Below, one piece after another: positions 1-11,299 of a DNA stretch of 64,000 nt. The notes beneath the pieces are model-generated. The model did not search any database, was not told the origin of the DNA, and worked only from the letters and a program-made list of their open reading frames with translations. Source of the DNA: Lepidodermella squamata (taxonomy: Eukaryota > Animalia > Gastrotricha); the NCBI GenBank assembly GCA_047495785.1, contig JBLDXI010000003.1, positions 3,410,001-3,474,000 on the forward strand, given 5' to 3'. The position numbers and the translations under genes are program-made. Within the stretch, counting starts at the first letter, position 1. Each line of letters begins with the position of its first letter.

Positions 1-3000
1 TATCCTGCAAGCTCTTCTACTGAAAAATCAAACAAAGATGTCACGTTATCTGGGGAATGGAAATGGACATCTCCCGATTTGATATCTCAATCTACAAAAT
101 CGTCGACTGGAAAAACGCCAGCCTTTGTTTCTGAATCAGGAAGGTCAGGAACTCCGAGCGATCATACTTCCTATCACGAATCAACTTTACCTGCTTCAAA
201 ATTGAAGACAGAAGTTTCCTTTGCTCACGTGACAAGTCAGCAAACACCATCCGCGAATGTTGGCCCAACAACTCGACAAGATAATTACAAAAAGTCGACA
301 CCAAAACGCTACGATATTACGACTTCTGACCAACCTTCTCGTACGCAAGTCTCTACTGGGCATGATTTAAAGTCGACGAGGTCCGAAAGCTTAGCTAAAA
401 CAACCGCTTTTAGTGCATATCCATCGAGTTATTTCGCTGAAAAGTCGAGCATTGATTTCACGTTATCTAGGGAATTGAAATGGACATCTTCAAGGTCTGA
501 TTACCCTTGGCCTTCAAGCGCCAGCCCGAGTGGTGGCACGAGAAAAGATAACGAGAGTTCTTTGACGTCTGTGAAGCAAGGAAATGAGCTTGGATTCAAC
601 ACGACCCAATCTACACTGGATTCATCTCTTACTCAGAATGGCAAAGTCACATCGGCGACTGAATCGGGAAAGTACACTGAACCTTCTAAACTTTCGTCAG
701 TTGACAAAGGTTGGATTGGTTCAACTACTGATTCAAAATCCGATCTTTCAAGTACTGCCAAGCTTCCAAATAGGACAGAAAGTCGCCCTGAGACTTTGTA
801 CTCTGCGACGCAAATAATTCCCAACCTAAAAGGAAGCTCCACTTTAGGTCCAGCCCATACTGGAAAACCGGAGGGAAGCGATTCATCGCCGCGAAAGATC
901 ACTGAAACCAGCACTGTTCAGTCCATCTTGTACTCGTCTTTGCCTAGTGTCGTTAAAGTCAGCTTTGCGACTAGTTCAAGAGGCAGCACCAAATCTTCGA
1001 GACCTCAGTCAGCTGAAAATCGATGGACTACAGCAATTGCTGTGGATACAAAAGTGCCGTTTGGGTCTAGTACTGTCGACCTTCCTGGTCGTTCAGAAAG
1101 TTCTGATCGATCCCAAAAACTTTCGACCGCGCCTCTGCCATTTTCCTACGGAAGAAGAAGCTCCACTCCAGGTGCTTCCAGCCATATCTGGACGGATAAA
1201 ATAGCCGAGGTCACTTCGTCGTCGATCAAAAGGGGTAATAATGAATTTAGCAGCACTCAATCTGTACCACTCTCATCTTTACTTCAAACAGGCGATGTCA
1301 CTCCTGTGGTTGATAGCAGCCAACCTTCGAGATTTCATTCAGTTGATGATAGATTGGTCACTTCAACCACCAAATCAAAATCGGAATTGTTTCTTTCGAG
1401 TACTGTCCATCCTGGTAGTCTGTTGAGCAGTTCGCACAGTGAAACTTTTTCCTCTTCCACTCCGAAACTCATCAAGGAAATAGAAAGCTCTACTGATACT
1501 GGCTTCAGTCGGATCCAGATTTCAACCACAACCAATGAGGCGAACCATTCCCTTGTGAAAACCGAGTTGATCGGGTCGACCCGAGCTTCGAAAGATTCAT
1601 CAGTTTCATCTAGTGGCTCCTCAATCTCACCCTTGGGATCTTCAAGAAAGGACCTTGCAGCAACGACTGAAAAATCACGGCAAGATCTAGGTCTGAGCAC
1701 TCCAGGCAGAAGTCAAACCCCTAGTCTTGCTACGAGTGGATCCTCTCAGGAGCCATTGGGGGGAACCACCGTTCAGATTGATGTGAAATTTTCCTCGACC
1801 GGGAACCGATATACAGCCATTACTCCAGAATCTGGTCAATCGACTTCGCCTATCGATTCAACTCATTCAAGTCATCTTTCTAAGATCCAACCAAGTCAAA
1901 TACTTTCCACAGCGATGACTGGTAGAAAAGGTTCGAGCATCTCACCTGGCTCGAATGATGGCTTATCCACCGCCTCCGTCGCTACAGGTGGAGAAGGTTC
2001 ACCCAGTCAAGGAATTTTCCCTTCGACATCTCGGCTAAGTGGCTCTTCAACCGTCACTGCCCAAAGTTTACCATCAAGCTCAGTCATTTTCGGCTCTTAT
2101 TCCACTTTGAATGAGTTTGACAACACGTCTTCTAGCCGCATGTTTACATCTCGTCCTCGCAGCGAAAGCTCAAGGCATTGGGCTTCAAGTTCCTTGATAG
2201 ACAAAGAATCGACCAAGCCGGGCATTCGAAAAGAATCAACCCCGGGCAGTGGGTCCTTTGAGACGTCTACACGCGCTGGGCATCACAGCCAGCCGAGTTC
2301 AATGACAACTAGTGATTCATCGGTTGAAACTGATGTCTCCTTTTCACCTACGGGCGCCGTTCGACAGTATTCCACACCAGTCGCCCCCTATAGCAGCTCT
2401 GATCCCAGCAAAGCATCATTGAGATCTACAATCAAACAAGTCAGTACCACAATATCGGCTACTACCATTGGAGCTCATCTCTTAGAAACAGATAAAATGA
2501 GGTCTGGCACCACAATTAAAGATGGTTCCATATCGAAATCAGCAAGCGGCTTGCCTCTCAGTTCCACGCCCGCCGCGACGTATTCTCTGCCGTTTATCAT
2601 CTCTACAACAGGAGTGCCTGGACTCGAAGACGCCTCAACTTCACGAGTTTCGTATGCTAGCTCATTGTCAAGGGAACCTTTCGAACGAGACCCATCAACT
2701 CGCCGAGAATCCTATACAACTGATCAACATTCATCTCGATTGTCGCCCAGCCAATCTCCGACATCATTTTTGCAATTTTCGACCGGATTCAGATCAAGCT
2801 CTGAAGACGAAGGGTTACTCTACAAAACGACGAAATCGAGTAGGGAGGTTAGCTTCTTCAGTACTGTTGATAGAGCAATATCCAAAACTACTCGGAACCT
2901 AATGAGCTTCGGACCCAGTGGATCTACTCAGTGGTTTTCTGATAGACCATCGCCAGACCAAGGCGCGTCTTCCACTGTATCGATCTCGTCCTCAAATGCG

Positions 3001-6000
3001 CAAGGTGGTGTTACGACCGATGGCTCATCAGCCTTCGGAACTGATGCCGCTTCCGCCTCCCCAACGCCACCCAACATGACCCCGATAGGAAACCAAGTCA
3101 CGACTGGGTTTGGAACCTTGGAGCCTAGTCCAATCTCGCAGAAAGCATTTTCTGAGAGTCGCAGCTCGACTTCCACATTTTCGCTAGCGAGCCAATTCGA
3201 GTCGACTTCAAGATATTTCTCTTCGACCGATGTTCAAGCGGGCTATTCTAGCACATTGCCAGGGGCGTACTCAAGTGACTTGACATCCTCCAGATTCAAG
3301 GAAACTACATTGAGTGTTGATACTCAGAGAAGAAGTACCACGCTATCTCATTCTACTTCTGAAAGGTTCGGAACATCAATTGGCTATGAGATTGATACGT
3401 CGTCAAGATCATCGTCTACTGACTCGGATTTAACTGTGGAAGGTCCAGCGCAGACTGGTTCTACTGTTCCAAACGTAGTATCAGGCGAAGCCACTGAGCC
3501 GAAGGTTTCGAGTGGATCAGGGTTAACCAGCTCGACTTCTCAGAGAACTGGGGGAAGCGTATCGATGGCTGTGAGCTCTTCGTCCAACTGGCCGATCGAC
3601 AGAACAAAAGGTTCGACTTCAGATGCATGGACGCAAGAACGAGAAATGGCCACTACGACTTTACCATCGATAGGCAGAAGAAGTTCAGTAACAGAATTTG
3701 GTCGAACAATGATCGACCAAAGATCCAGCGACTCCTTCAAACAAACTACGACCGGATCGGAACGAGAGCAATCGACGTCCCTTGCTTCTGACCCGAAAAC
3801 AGCAACAACCAGCGAATCTAATCTCCCGAATAGTTTGCTTAGCTCTACTGCAGTGAAACCTGGCGATTTCACCCATGGTAGTGGTAACGTATCTACCCAA
3901 TCAAATGAGATCAGCCCAACGACTGGGAAAGCTTCAAGTCCTGGGCCTTCGCAATTTGGATTATCCTCAACCCTTAATGAGAAAGATGGCAAGACACTGA
4001 ACCCTACTGATGATTCTACTTCATCTACAAAGCAATCTAGTCTGATTCAAATGTTAAGCTCGACTTCAGGAATAGAAGATCTGTCTGGTTCAAGTGATGG
4101 CAGTAAAACACCAACAGTTACCAAGGCTTTTGAATCCTCAATTTATCAATCAGTTGAAGTTACTGCATCACTTTCAACCACTCGCGACCGCTGGAAATCG
4201 ACGACCATTCGAGAATCTGGTACACCTCCTGAAGAGCTATGGAGTTCGAGATTGATCTCTGGAGTTACCACGAAGTCGTTTTTGTCTACAACAGTAAATT
4301 CAAAGTTACCAACCAGCGGTATTTCGGCGGAAGGTTCTATTACTAGATTTTCAGGGCCCGCCATTGTGTCCAGCAGCAGAGAAACTTACTTTTCGTCGCC
4401 CTTCCAACGATCGTCAACTGACCTCTTTGAGGTTTCAAAAACAAAATTCTCCTCGGTTACAGAAGTTTCGAGATTGGCAATCCGATCTTCAACAGCTAGA
4501 GTACCATCATGGCCATTCACCCTACCCTCATTTGCCCCTTTGGTGCAAACTACCCTAGTGACCATTCTCATGTCAAGGACCACCTTGGTCTTCGGCGCCC
4601 CGACTACAGCTCTAACTGGCACTGGTCAACCTAGCGCTGCCTCCTCCGGATCTGGAATCTCGATTTCCTGCATAAATAATGACTCAAAGTCCGACTGCTG
4701 TTGCGAATCATCTACCTCAAGTTCTCCCTGGTTATTCCTAGTCCTACTCTGCGCCATTCAGATGCTGATCATCGCGATATTGGCAGCGGTAATTTGCGGC
4801 AAATGGCGCCAACTCATGCGAGACTTCGAGCAGAGTAACGGTCAGGGTGACAGTGAAATGATAGCCGGGTGTTGCATGGTAGCCCTGAGGCGAAGATTCC
4901 ACCGCCGAACGTCCCCTCTAGACGAAGATCAAGAATCAGTCGAAACAAGACGGCGATCTGGCAACAGGAATCAAACGTCAACTAGAGATCCGATTGTTAT
5001 CCAAGTTCAACCAGCGCCACCAACAGCTTGTCCTTTCCCGCTTATGCCGCCTCAGGTCTCGCAGCAACAAAATCCTCTGAATTCCCAACTTATTCAGGCA
5101 ATCGACCGGTTGTCTCAATCGCAAAATAACCGAACGACTTCAACTCGTAACGCAATGGTCCAAACCGAGGAAATTGAGCTGGAAATTGAGGACACCTTTG
5201 TTAGCCCAGAGATTGAGGAGGATGAAGACGAGGAAGAACCTGAGCTTCAAACAATTCGTGAAGAGAGCGAGGCGGAATTAGCAGCGGCGAAAACGCCTGT
5301 TAAAAATAAGGAGGACTTGTTGAAAAAGGTCGAAGACTATTACATTAGCGAACCATTTGAGCCGGAGGATGGAGAAAATGGCGATAGTTCTTTAGCTGAA
5401 TCCTGCGAATTGCCGAGCTTTTCCGAGGAAGAACCGTTATTCCGTAAACAAAACGGGGAGCTGGACGACAGTGGGCGAGCGACTTACACGAAAAGAGCTG
5501 CTCCGAAACCGAAACCCAAAACAAACATTCTGAACCTTAACTCGGGTCAAACAAGTGGTAACGGGAAGAATTTACTCAAGAAATCGAATACAGCTATCGA
5601 TTCGTGGAAAAAGGGCAAGATATTCGCTCGAGCTTTATCTGCAATTTCATCAACCAGTGGAGTGAGAACGGCCGATACGCTTCGTCGAACATCGACAAGT
5701 TCTACAACCAGCAATTCAATCGAAGAAGTCCGTCAAAAGCTGAGAAAGGCGCCTTTTCGACCTAAAAAATTGTCGAGGAGAACGACGAAATTTATCAAAT
5801 TACCGAAAAACCGTCGTTCCGCTTCAATGATTTCATTCCGGCGATTTCTGAAGCAGAAGCCGTTTCGGCCACGAACTTTGAAACGAAGCGTCTCAGCGTT
5901 TTCACGGACTTCAACGATGAGCTGTTATGATGGAAAAACTATGAGCCGATCAGCTTCTGCCTCGATTCGGATGGTTCGAAAACGCATGCAGCGGGCCCCT

Positions 6001-7338
6001 TTTCAGCCAAAGTTTGAACGGCGTAGTTTGAGCTGTCAGAGTTTTAATTCTTTCGATGGGTCAACTTTGAGCCGAAGAGCCTCAGCTGCGGTTGAATCAG
6101 TTCGACGCAAAATGCGAAGAAAGCCGTTTTGTCCGAAACTAGGTCAAAGGAGCCAATCGACCTACTCGCTAGCTAGCACTTGCTCTTCGATGAGTTTGTA
6201 CGATGGATCAACCCTTAGCCGAGCTGCGTCTGCCTCGATCGAACAGGTCAGGCGGAAATTGCGTCGAGCTCCGTTTCGTCCCAAACTGGAGCAGCGAAGC
6301 GTGACGAGTTACGCAACAATTGAGCTGGGCCGAAGTCGAGCGGCCTCGGCAGCGATTGAGCAAGTTCGAAAGCGACTACAACGCGAGCCTTTCCGGCCGA
6401 AATTTTCTCAACGAAGCGTGTCGACATGCTCGACGAATTTCTACGACGGATCCACCTTAAGCCGATCTGCCTCAGCTACGATCGAAAAAATCAGGCAGAA
6501 AATGCAAAAAGCCCTGTTCAGACCTAAAATTAACCAACGAAGCGTATCAACCTTCTCCGTTGAAAGCTCGTTTTATGACGGGAAAACACGAAGTAGAGCT
6601 GCTTCAGCTTCGATTGAGCTAATTCGGAAAAAGCTGCTCAAAGAACCTTTTAAACCAAAACTGAATCAGAACCGCAGAAGTTCGGCGATATCGATTCAAC
6701 AAAGCGAAACGATGACTGGGTTGAAAAAGTGGTCGTCCTCGATTTCGCTGGATGAAATTCGTGAAAAATTAAAGAAAGCTCCGTTTCAGCCGAAAAAGAT
6801 GCCCAGGTCATCTTCCAGCGCAACTTTGATCAGCCAAGTGAGTTCAGTCAGCCGTGACCAAACTTTGGCTTCAATTCGGAAAATGTTGCGAAAATCACCG
6901 TTCCGGCCTAAGAAAATACGGAATAGTGCGATGAGTTTCCGATCGAGGCGAACTGCTTCATCGATCTCGATTGATATCGGTAAATCGCCGTTCCGCCTTA
7001 ATAAAAAGCCACCGTCACGCTTCAGCGCAATTACGCCGCAACACAAGAAGGCGAAACCTGCGTTTTTCAGCCACTCGCATTCAAAAATGTGGGTGATGGG
7101 CAAGTATAAGCATGTCGATGCCAGGTATTGCCAGGGTTTGTTTCCGAAAGTTTGGGAATGTACGACGCCTGGACCGCATAATCATGTGGTCGCGCATCAC
7201 GGTCACGTGCACTCTTGCGCACCCTACGAGGTCGTCAAGCCACAACAGCCTGAAGAGCAATGGACGGAGTGTCATGATTGCCCACTAAGCAGTCGATCAT
7301 CAAAAGCGCCGGGCGATGAAACTATACTCGACCCCTAA
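1..7338 (+). CDS. Giant type-I transmembrane mucin-like protein (5'-partial, single large exon) with a repetitive basic cytoplasmic tail
   Basis: Frame 1 is open from base 1; the track start at 79 is a TTG, so the true start is upstream. About 1500 aa are Ser/Thr-rich, followed by a Cys cluster (CINNDSKSDCCC) and a hydrophobic helix PWLFLVLLCAIQMLIIAILAAVICG (~4726-4800) with KWR after it. Then come an acidic stretch, ~10 repeats of SxExVRxKLRxxPFxPK and a His/Cys-rich C-terminus. AATAAA at ~7520. Confidence 0.8.
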   Translation, partial: YPASSSTEKSNKDVTLSGEWKWTSPDLISQSTKSSTGKTPAFVSESGRSGTPSDHTSYHESTLPASKLKTEVSFAHVTSQQTPSANVGPTTRQDNYKKSTPKRYDITTSDQPSRTQVSTGHDLKSTRSESLAKTTAFSAYPSSYFAEKSSIDFTLSRELKWTSSRSDYPWPSSASPSGGTRKDNESSLTSVKQGNELGFNTTQSTLDSSLTQNGKVTSATESGKYTEPSKLSSVDKGWIGSTTDSKSDLSSTAKLPNRTESRPETLYSATQIIPNLKGSSTLGPAHTGKPEGSDSSPRKITETSTVQSILYSSLPSVVKVSFATSSRGSTKSSRPQSAENRWTTAIAVDTKVPFGSSTVDLPGRSESSDRSQKLSTAPLPFSYGRRSSTPGASSHIWTDKIAEVTSSSIKRGNNEFSSTQSVPLSSLLQTGDVTPVVDSSQPSRFHSVDDRLVTSTTKSKSELFLSSTVHPGSLLSSSHSETFSSSTPKLIKEIESSTDTGFSRIQISTTTNEANHSLVKTELIGSTRASKDSSVSSSGSSISPLGSSRKDLAATTEKSRQDLGLSTPGRSQTPSLATSGSSQEPLGGTTVQIDVKFSSTGNRYTAITPESGQSTSPIDSTHSSHLSKIQPSQILSTAMTGRKGSSISPGSNDGLSTASVATGGEGSPSQGIFPSTSRLSGSSTVTAQSLPSSSVIFGSYSTLNEFDNTSSSRMFTSRPRSESSRHWASSSLIDKESTKPGIRKESTPGSGSFETSTRAGHHSQPSSMTTSDSSVETDVSFSPTGAVRQYSTPVAPYSSSDPSKASLRSTIKQVSTTISATTIGAHLLETDKMRSGTTIKDGSISKSASGLPLSSTPAATYSLPFIISTTGVPGLEDASTSRVSYASSLSREPFERDPSTRRESYTTDQHSSRLSPSQSPTSFLQFSTGFRSSSEDEGLLYKTTKSSREVSFFSTVDRAISKTTRNLMSFGPSGSTQWFSDRPSPDQGASSTVSISSSNAQGGVTTDGSSAFGTDAASASPTPPNMTPIGNQVTTGFGTLEPSPISQKAFSESRSSTSTFSLASQFESTSRYFSSTDVQAGYSSTLPGAYSSDLTSSRFKETTLSVDTQRRSTTLSHSTSERFGTSIGYEIDTSSRSSSTDSDLTVEGPAQTGSTVPNVVSGEATEPKVSSGSGLTSSTSQRTGGSVSMAVSSSSNWPIDRTKGSTSDAWTQEREMATTTLPSIGRRSSVTEFGRTMIDQRSSDSFKQTTTGSEREQSTSLASDPKTATTSESNLPNSLLSSTAVKPGDFTHGSGNVSTQSNEISPTTGKASSPGPSQFGLSSTLNEKDGKTLNPTDDSTSSTKQSSLIQMLSSTSGIEDLSGSSDGSKTPTVTKAFESSIYQSVEVTASLSTTRDRWKSTTIRESGTPPEELWSSRLISGVTTKSFLSTTVNSKLPTSGISAEGSITRFSGPAIVSSSRETYFSSPFQRSSTDLFEVSKTKFSSVTEVSRLAIRSSTARVPSWPFTLPSFAPLVQTTLVTILMSRTTLVFGAPTTALTGTGQPSAASSGSGISISCINNDSKSDCCCESSTSSSPWLFLVLLCAIQMLIIAILAAVICGKWRQLMRDFEQSNGQGDSEMIAGCCMVALRRRFHRRTSPLDEDQESVETRRRSGNRNQTSTRDPIVIQVQPAPPTACPFPLMPPQVSQQQNPLNSQLIQAIDRLSQSQNNRTTSTRNAMVQTEEIELEIEDTFVSPEIEEDEDEEEPELQTIREESEAELAAAKTPVKNKEDLLKKVEDYYISEPFEPEDGENGDSSLAESCELPSFSEEEPLFRKQNGELDDSGRATYTKRAAPKPKPKTNILNLNSGQTSGNGKNLLKKSNTAIDSWKKGKIFARALSAISSTSGVRTADTLRRTSTSSTTSNSIEEVRQKLRKAPFRPKKLSRRTTKFIKLPKNRRSASMISFRRFLKQKPFRPRTLKRSVSAFSRTSTMSCYDGKTMSRSASASIRMVRKRMQRAPFQPKFERRSLSCQSFNSFDGSTLSRRASAAVESVRRKMRRKPFCPKLGQRSQSTYSLASTCSSMSLYDGSTLSRAASASIEQVRRKLRRAPFRPKLEQRSVTSYATIELGRSRAASAAIEQVRKRLQREPFRPKFSQRSVSTCSTNFYDGSTLSRSASATIEKIRQKMQKALFRPKINQRSVSTFSVESSFYDGKTRSRAASASIELIRKKLLKEPFKPKLNQNRRSSAISIQQSETMTGLKKWSSSISLDEIREKLKKAPFQPKKMPRSSSSATLISQVSSVSRDQTLASIRKMLRKSPFRPKKIRNSAMSFRSRRTASSISIDIGKSPFRLNKKPPSRFSAITPQHKKAKPAFFSHSHSKMWVMGKYKHVDARYCQGLFPKVWECTTPGPHNHVVAHHGHVHSCAPYEVVKPQQPEEQWTECHDCPLSSRSSKAPGDETILDP

Positions 7339-8200
7339 GCCAACCATTATGAATTTAATTCATCTCATTCATCAATTTTTCCCTTTTGCGAACAAGCAGC
7401 TTTTGTAAAATTCAATTGGTGATGTGATTGATTCAGCTCAATATTCTAGTTTTAATTAGCTCAATAGTACTCTCGAAAATCGTGATATATTAATCAAGTA
7501 ATTTTGCTGATTTATTTTAAATAAAAATGCATTTATTTAGAGTCGGAGTATGTTTTTTCTATTTTGTGTTCTATTTTAAAAAATTTGAGTTCCTTCACAA
7601 AAATTTTCCACTTTTTTTCCAAGTTCGCACTCAAACGCGTATTTAGCGAGACCAGCGATCAGCTTACAAGCCATACTTCAGCCAATATCGATTTCAAGTA
7701 TCGATTTAAAAAATCAGTGATTTATCCGGTATCAGCAATCCGTGAAGTCAGCATTGATAAAGAAAGGTTCTAATAGCTGAAGGCACCAGCTAAAATAAAA
7801 CTCGAAATGGCCCATCACGATCATAAATCGGAAAAATATTTATCGAAGAATCGAACTAGGAAAATTGAAAAATCGATTAATTTGCTGAGCCTCAATTTCA
7901 TTGCTGCGAATGTTTAGACCCTCTTCCTGTGGCACACCTTTCTACAACAACTGACCGATTATTATTTTTTGACAATTGATAACATTTGAACCTGTTTTTC
8001 TACATTGTTGTTTGAAATTCAAAATTCAAAACACGCGCCCATCGAAACACGTGAAAAAAGCCCGATCGCGTGTCATATCAGACACTACTTTTCCGCGAAA
8101 CTGCTTCATTCAAAAGTTTTTTCATCAATTTCGCGTATTTCAATTCCGTTCACAGGTCCAAAATCTCAATTTTTTCCAACAATAGATCGGTTGTATAAAA

Positions 8201-9160
8201 ATGAAGTTAATTACCGTAATTTTGCTTGTCAGCCTGTTTGCGGGAATTGGTAAGTTTTAGTAATAAAATCTCAATCTTTTACGAACAATTCGTGACATTT
8301 CCCCAGCATTTGCCGGTGGAAAACAACGTAAAGCCGCCCCGAAGAAGAATCAAAATGCCGCTGTTGAACGCGCGTCAGCCTCTGCCTCGGCCGAGAATAC
8401 TGAAGTTGGTTATCAGGAGGCCGCTGCTTCGCAAAAGACCGCCATCACCGAGGCTGACGTCGAGCTTACCGCTGAAGATTCGGCACACGACCTTCGCAAG
8501 AAAGTATTCGCCGAGGGCCTCTACGGCCGCATCGTCAACATCCGCAAGGCGATGAAAGTCGCTGAAGCGGAACAGGCGCGCCAGGCTCACCAGGGCGGCG
8601 ATGGCGAGGCTGAAGCCGAGGTGACCGAGGTGAAAACCTCCGGCTCAGCGGCTGCCGACGAGAAGTACAACCGAGCTCAAGAATACGACGGCGTGCAGCA
8701 CCGCCGCGTCAACGGCCTCGTCAAACACACGGCCGACTCAACCAAGGGCAACGTTGTCGAGTTCAAGCGCGTCAACTACCGCAACTACGACCGTGAACGT
8801 ATCGACAAGGTGAGTGTTGAACAGGCCAATGAGGAACACGAAGAATCCGCCTCTGCCTACGCCTCGGCTACTGCGGCTCGCAAGGCCGATCAGAAGAAGC
8901 ACTACGACCAGGCTAAACGCCACCGCGTCGCCATTTCCTACGGCTCAGTCGAGGACGAAGCTTCGGCTCAGGCTTCGGCTAAACACGCCCGTCGTGGCAA
9001 GGCTCATCAACGCAAAATTAGCGTGTCGAAGGGCCGTGAATCTCGCAGTGCTAACAGCTACGGCAGTGAAGAGCACGCCTCGTCGGAGAAGAACACCGCC
9101 CGCTCGCGCAAGGTGTCCAAAAAACAAGCCCCTAAGAAGGCTAAGAAGGGCCACTACTAA
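8201..9160 (+). CDS. Secreted Ala/Lys/Glu/Ser-rich protein, divergent member of the proline-free hairpin family (~300 aa; exons 8201-8249, 8307-9160)
   Basis: Signal exon MKLITVILLVSLFAGI, G|gtaagt ... ccccag|; the phase-1 join is in frame with track ORF 8552-9160. Core GNVVEFKRVNYRNYDRERIDKVSVE...ASATAARK aligns by eye with GEVIEFKKKTFTDKGHNKVNKFSFE...AATTASRK of the 55403 gene. Ends KKGHY. Confidence 0.85.
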
Positions 9161-9396
9161 AAACCGGCAAACTTATCTCTGTTATTCAAATTTATTTAAA
9201 TTGATTATTCGATTGAGCGTAATAAAATTGCAATGTGACCTACTTTTTTTATTGCATGAGGTCAAAGTCCTAGGTCGCACACGCGCAGGTTTTTTGTGCG
9301 AAAAAGCGCACGTGCCTCCCATCTCAATCGCCACCCTAAAAATTGCTCATTCAAATCATTATTTTTCAACCTTTCACTTGAATCAATTTAACAAAA

Positions 9397-9939
9397 ATGA
9401 GAAGCTTATTATTAATCACGATTTTCGCTTGCTTCGGTGAGTTCTTATACCTTCGATATTACGATTCTACAACACCATTTTTCATTTTAGCCGCTATTAC
9501 CTTTGCGGAGGAGTCGAGCAAGCGTCGATGCCGCGAGATCCGGGACGAGTATCACCAGAAGCACCAGGCCCTATTCCGTCAGTACCAGGAGAAGTACAAG
9601 GCCCTGTCGAGCCGTTATGAGCAGAAGAATAAGGCCATCATCAACGACTATCGCCATGTTTACTCGCAGGTTTGCCGCAATGTCGCCGCGCCGAGTGATG
9701 AAACCGACGATGAGTGGACGAAAACGCCGTTTGGTGAGCTCAATTTCCGCCATGACGATGATACTAATACTGACGATGAAGATGAGACTAGTGGAGAGTC
9801 GTTCATGAAGATGGAGGCGATGTCGATGCCAGACGCTAGCGAATGGAACAAAGGCACGAAGACGACCACATTCCGCCGTGTCACTCATCGTCGCGTCTTC
9901 AAAAACGACGATTCGCCGAAAAATAAGAATAGCGAATAA
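9397..9939 (+). CDS. Secreted ~162 aa protein with a Cys-bounded helical segment and an acidic stretch (exons 9397-9436, 9491-9939)
   Basis: MRSLLLITIFACF G|gtgagt ... ttttag|; the 54-nt intron is in frame and is read through by the ORF track. Spliced N-terminus MRSLLLITIFACFAAITFA is a typical signal peptide. Tyr-rich helical segment between two Cys, then an Asp/Glu-rich region. Confidence 0.8.
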   Translation: MRSLLLITIFACFGEFLYLRYYDSTTPFFILAAITFAEESSKRRCREIRDEYHQKHQALFRQYQEKYKALSSRYEQKNKAIINDYRHVYSQVCRNVAAPSDETDDEWTKTPFGELNFRHDDDTNTDDEDETSGESFMKMEAMSMPDASEWNKGTKTTTFRRVTHRRVFKNDDSPKNKNSE

Positions 9940-10222
9940 GATTCGAAGCGACTAGTATCAGCCTTGAACTGTGAGCTGTGATGAGCTGTGAACTATAATG
10001 TTCCATATAGCGTATATTTTCCTTTGAAATTTGAATAAATTGAAATCATATAAACCGCACTGTCAAGCATTAATTTGGAAACCTTCCATCCAGTCTGAAA
10101 AAACGCTGAAAAAATGGCAAAAAATAATTTTGGCACGACTCATCGCTCAACTTGTTGAAATTTATTTCGGATTGAAGCATTTCCATTTATTAATGACCTG
10201 CGATTTTCCGGTGATTGATGCC

Positions 10223-10416
10223 TTTTAGCAGGCAGACCGTCATAACCGCAAATACCCAAAACAGCAAACGCGACAAAACAGCAAATTGTTCAACTTGCGA
10301 CATAACAGCAGATAGTCGACGCATCTTTTGCATAGTAAGTTTTCGCTGTTTTGTCGCAAAATATAAAATAATTTGCTGTTTTGTCGTATTCGCCGTATTT
10401 GCCGTACCTGCTAAAA
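10223..10416. mobile_element. Short inverted-repeat (MITE-like) element
   Basis: Ends ttttagcagg / cctgctaaaa; internal inverted pairs gcaaatac/gtatttgc and cgacaaaacagcaaatt/aatttgctgttttgtcg. Confidence 0.5.
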
Positions 10417-11299
10417 TGCTGTTTTCTGCATCTTATTTAAAAAATTAAGGTGGGTATTTTAAATATCGCGATTCGAAAGAATCGTATGGCTCGCCGACGA
10501 ATTCTCGGCATTCTGAGCCAAGATAATTAATTAATCAATTGGCAAATTTTTTTCATATTTTTTAAATTATTATTGTTCAAAAATAGTTTAAATTTGTCGC
10601 ATTAATTTTATCTTGAATATTTTGAAAGTGTTTCTCTGCGCAAATTTAGTCCAATATTCCAAGCAGTCCGACTTTATGACTGATGCGAAATTTCAAGTTA
10701 GGTCTCAAACCGAGTCTGTACCGTAATCCGGTTATCGAATTGATGTATGCGACAGCGACCCTGAAATAATCAGCCTCGTATATGACTGAAATGTCTTTGT
10801 TTGTCGGTTAACTCGAGTTTAAATCCGTGACTTCATTGTATTATAGTCGACGTGCGCCTACGATATTTTAAGATGTTAATGATGTTTAAAATTTCGCACG
10901 ATTGTCCGCTCGAAATAGATCGTAGCTTCGATCTTCCGGACTGTCCTCGAGTACTAGGCTGCTGCCCGCCTTCGGGTGACAAAGCATTTTAACGTGTACA
11001 CCTTAGAATTGCACTTGACTATACTTTGTTGTCCAACTTTTGATAATGAACAAAATGGCGTGATGAGCAGCGCGTAAGGGCAACGAAAAATCATAATTAA
11101 TAATTAGTAATAATATTAATATTAATGATATTAATAATTATGACTGACATGGCTTCTACTATCTAGAATTACCACTACTACGCCATGATGATATTGTCCT
11201 GGTAATCGGGTCAAAATATTTCCCGTGCAGTATTAAAGAGCGGCATTTTATCGTGGTTTCTAATTCAAACAAACCATAATTTCATCAAAAATTAAAAAA

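Noticed and set aside
79-81. Track start codon for the large ORF
   Set aside because: It is TTG, the frame is open to base 1 and no signal peptide is present, so the gene starts upstream of the window.
9259-9270. AGGTCAAAGTCC, a nuclear-receptor (HNF4-like DR1) site
   Set aside because: Single occurrence; not seen before the other cluster genes.
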